64,000 bases of DNA from assembly GCA_950097015.1 (NCBI GenBank), contig CATNEN010000039.1, positions 13,888,001 to 13,952,000 on the forward strand, read 5' to 3'. Every line of letters starts with the position of its first letter. Position 1 is the stretch's first letter. Made by a program: the position numbers and the translations under genes. Below, one piece after another: positions 60,105 to 64,000 of this stretch. The notes below the pieces were generated by a model, which saw nothing but the letters and a program-made list of their open reading frames with translations, did no database searches and had not been told where the DNA came from. This DNA comes from Macrostomum hystrix (lineage: Eukaryota > Animalia > Platyhelminthes).

Positions 60105-61007
60105 CCTGAATAAAATGAGTAGTCAGCCTGAATAATATGAGTAGTCAGCCTGAAGAATGTGAGTAGTCAGCCTGAATAATATGAGTAGTCAGCCTGAATA
60201 ATATGAGTAGTCAGCCTGAATAATATGAGTAGTCAGCCTGATTAATATGAGTAGTCAGCCTGAATAATATGAGTAGTCAGCCTGAATAATATGAGTAGTC
60301 AGCCTGATTAATATGAGTAGTCAGCCTGATTAATATGAGTAGTCAGCCTGAATAATATGAGTAGTCAGCCAGAATAATATGAGTAGTCAGCCTGATTAAT
60401 ATGAGTAGTCAGCCTGATTAATATGAGTAGTCAGCCTGAATAATATGAATAGTCAGCCTGAATAATATGAGTAGTCAGCCTGAATAATATGAGTAGTCAG
60501 CCTGAATAATATGAGTAGTCAGCCTGAATAATATGAGTAGTCAGCCTGAATAATCTGAATAGTCAGCCTGAATAATCTGAATAGTCAGCCTGAATAATAT
60601 GAGTAGTCAGCCTGAATAATATGAGTAGTCAGCCTGAATAATATGAGTAGTCAGCCTGAATAATCTGAATAGTCAGCCTGAATAATATGAGTAGGCAATC
60701 TGAAGAATGTGAGTAGGCAATCTGAAGAATGTGAGTAGGCAATCTGAAGAATGTGAGTAGGCAATCTGAAGAATGTGAGTAGGCAATCTGAAGAATGTGA
60801 GTAGGCAATATGAAGAATGTGAGTAGGCAATATGAAGAATCTGAGTAGGCAATCTGAAGAATGTGAGTAGCCAATATGAAGAATCTGAGTAGGCAATCTG
60901 AAGAATGTGAGTAGCCAATCTGAAGAATGTGAGTAGCCAATATGAAGAATGTGAGTAGGCAATCTGAAGAATGTGAGTAGGCAATCTGAAGAATGTGAGT
61001 AGGCAAT
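60105..61007. repeat. 22-bp tandem repeat with two variant domains (GAGTAGTCAGCCTGAATAATAT, then GAGTAGGCAATCTGAAGAATGT)
   Basis: The switch occurs at ~60690. Confidence 0.95.
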
Positions 61008-61385
61008 CCTATTATTCTGTAATCATAGTAAAAATTTGCGCCGCTTCGGCCCGAGAGAAAATTGACGAACGTGAAGTAAAATAAATTTCGATTCGAGTCT
61101 GTCTGATTTACTGATTTAGTCGACGAAAATCGGCTCACAGATTGGCTGACAAATTACTGGGACAAAGTCATCAGTGAAATGGGGCCTGGTCGCAGAGACT
61201 GATATAGAACTCATTGCTCAAGTAACAGAGACTTGACTTTGACGTGCACTTTTATCTGTCTCTTTGAAGTGCATTTCGTCACGGCGAACTGATTTGGATT
61301 TTATTAAAGTGCTATTGTCACGTGATTATGATCATATCTGGAGTTCAATCTGCGTACAACTCTTTCTAACTCATGTATTTTAAGC

Positions 61386-62070
61386 CTGGGATTATGGGAC
61401 TGGGATATTGGACTGGGATTATTGGACTGGGATTATTGGACTGAGATTATGGGACTGGGATTATGGGACTGGGATATTGGACTGGGATTATGGGACTCAG
61501 ATTATAGAATTGGGATTATAGGACTGAGATTATGGGACTGGGATTATGGGACTGGGATATTGGACTGGGATTATGGGACTCAGATTATAGAATTGGGATT
61601 ATAGGACTGAGATTATGGGACTGAGATTATGGGACTGGGATTATGGGACTGGGATTATGGGACTAGGATTATGGGACTGGGATTATTGGACTAGGATTAT
61701 GGGACTGGGATTATTGGACTGGGATTATGGGACTGGGATTATTGGACTGGGATTATAGGACTGGGATTATGGGACTGGGATTATTGGACTGGGATTATGG
61801 GACTGGGATTATGGGACTGGGATTATTGGACTGGGATTATGGGACTCAGATTATAGAATTGGGATTATAGGACTGAGATTATGGGACTGAGATTATGGGA
61901 CTGAGATTATGGGACTGGGATTATGGGACTGGGATTATGGGACTGGGATTATGGGACTGGGATTATGGGACTGGGATTATGGGACTGGGATTATGGGACT
62001 GGGATTATGGGACAGGGATTATGGGACTGGGATTATGGGACTGGGATTATGGGACTGGGATTATGGGACT
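61386..62070. repeat. 15-bp tandem repeat (CTGGGATTATGGGA-type)
   Basis: Direct inspection. Confidence 0.95.
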
Positions 62071-62299
62071 AGAAAATACGTGATTCAGAACCGGTTTGAC
62101 TGTGAGTAGCCTATCAATCTTGAGCCTAAGCAGCTGAACATGAACTCAAGCAGACGGTCTAGCCTCTGACAGCTTTGTCCCTGATACCGGCTAGTTGCTT
62201 CTGCAGTTAGGAAAATGTGTCCTTTGCAGTTCCACAGAAGCATAACATGATATTGCTAGATAAAATAGATAGCGAAAATAAAATCTTGACTAGCAAATT

Positions 62300-62480
62300 G
62301 TGTGCACTGTGGGTGGCCTGGATAAGGCCCGCGTGGCAACTGTTGCTAGGATCTGAGACACTGAGGCAGTGTACGCTCTCACTGTGCCTATAAGGTGGCT
62401 GGCCCTCAAGGTCGTGAAATGCAGGGCAAGCAGCCAAAGCCTCACCTACGCGGAACGAACTCGGGGACCTTGGTATCCAG
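62300..62480 (-). mobile_element. Partial tRNA-derived SINE related to family A (B box plus conserved core, different 3' part)
   Basis: Reverse complement reads ACCAAGGTCCCCGAGTTCGTTCC (compare 41509-41532), TTGAGGGCC and AGGCACAGTGAGAGCGTACACTGCCT (25/26 identical to 41612-41637). Confidence 0.7.
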
Positions 62481-62745
62481 GGGTTTCCAATGAAAACTAA
62501 TCATAGATATAAACTAAATAAAAAAGAATTCAATCAGAAATTTTACGACTCAATGGCTGGAGTCAACCAATACCGTGATTTGTCTACAGTACTACAGTAC
62601 CGATCTGGCTGGCAATAGCAAGCCTAGCGTAGCCTGTCTCCCTGATACGCCATGCCGCTTCATTGACCCGCTCTGAAATTTCTATATGCTTTTCGTTTGC
62701 TTAAACACAAACCTGCGGTGCCTGAGCTTGAGTACTATCATGGGA

Positions 62746-63612
62746 GAAGGAATGGATTGCTAGTCTAGCCTCTCAGTGGATGAAGGAAGATAATGGATTG
62801 CTAGTCTAGCCTCTCAGAGGATGAAGGAAGATAATGGATTGCTAGTCTAGCCTCTCAGTGGATGAAGGAATGGAATGGATTGCTAGTCTAGCCTCTCAGT
62901 GGATGAATGAATAGAATGGATTGCTAGTCTAGCCTCTCAGTGGATGAAGGAATAGAATGGATTGCTAGTCTAGCCTCTCAGAGGATGAAGGAAGATAATG
63001 GATTGCTAGTCTAGCCTCTCAGTGGATGAAGGAATAGAATGGATTGCAAGTCTAGCCTCTCAGTGGATGAATGAATAGAATGGATTGCTAGTCTAGCCTC
63101 TCAGTGGATGAAGGAATAGAATGGATTGCTAGTCTAGCCTCTCAGAGGATGAAGGAAGATAATGGATTGCTAGTCTAGCCTCTCAGTGGATGAAGGAAGA
63201 TAATGGATTGCTAGTCTAGCCTCTCAGTGGATGAAGGAATGGAATGGATTGCTAGTCTAGCCTCTCAGTGGATGAAGGAATAGAATGGATTGCTAGTCTA
63301 GCCTCTCAGTGGATGAAGGAATAGAATGGATTGCTAGTCTAGCCACTCAGTGGATGAAGGAATAGAATGGATTGCTAGTCTAGCCTCTCAGTGGATGAAG
63401 GAATAGAATGGATTGCTAGTCTAGCCTCTCAGTGGATGAAGGAATAGAATGGATTGCTAGTCTAGCCTCTCAGTGGATGAAGGAATAGAATGGATTGCTA
63501 GTCTAGCCTCTCAGTGGATGAAGGAATAGAATGGATTGCTAGTCTAGCCTCTCAGTGGATGAAGGAATAGAATGGATTGCTAGTCTAGCCTCTCAGTGGA
63601 TGAAGGAATAGA
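62746..63612. repeat. 41-bp tandem repeat (ATGGATTGCTAGTCTAGCCTCTCAGTGGATGAAGGAATAGA)
   Basis: About 21 copies. Confidence 0.95.
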
Positions 63613-63894
63613 TTTGAGCATATTAATTGAAATTCATGTATCAAAAAAGCTCATTTGTTACCTGAAACATTTTTCACCATATGTTATATTTTAAGCCTTG
63701 CCGAAAGCATGCTTGAAGCTCATTCAAGAAGCCAGCAAAACCAAAACTTTTCTTAATCCATACTTTTTGTCTAGGCGTTTGAAACTTGAGAGAAAGAAAC
63801 TGACAATTATGTCGGAAAAATTAGCAGACTCATAGACAGATCACCGCTGACTTCTTGTACTTTTGTTTTGCAGATGGTTCACAGTTCACAGTCA

Positions 63895-64000
63895 AGATCT
63901 GCAGATAGATCATTTTTAGATCTGCAGATAGATCATTATTAGATCTGCAGATAGATCATTTTTAGATCTGCAGATAGATCATTTTTAGATCTGCAGATAG
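63895..64000. repeat. 23-bp tandem repeat (AGATCTGCAGATAGATCATTTTT), runs off the window end
   Basis: About 4.5 copies. Confidence 0.9.

Overview
Eukaryotic (metazoan) genomic DNA. By my tally about 25 kb of the 64 kb is unrelated mini- and microsatellite arrays. The repeat load, the short GT-AG introns and the WSC/PAN/F-lectin genes resemble the flatworm Macrostomum, but this is an inference. Genes that can be reconstructed: a 10-exon GCK-I/MAP4K kinase with a CNH domain (+, 36896-49945); an intronless IGSF9/turtle-like 5xIg-2xFN3 receptor (-); a 4-exon C2H2/C2HC zinc-finger gene (-); a secreted WSC protein probably spliced to a PAN/apple-like exon (-); an F-type lectin exon (-); and a small type I membrane protein (-). 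Mobile DNA: an uninterrupted but 3'-truncated Ty3/Gypsy gag-pol segment sitting inside a PAN-like paralogue between 10-bp direct repeats, a decayed second Gypsy RT, and at least two tRNA-derived SINE families whose divergent 3' tails share a covarying two-hairpin structure. Most long ORFs in the track are artefacts of tandem repeats. No CRISPR array, rRNA or intact tRNA gene was found.
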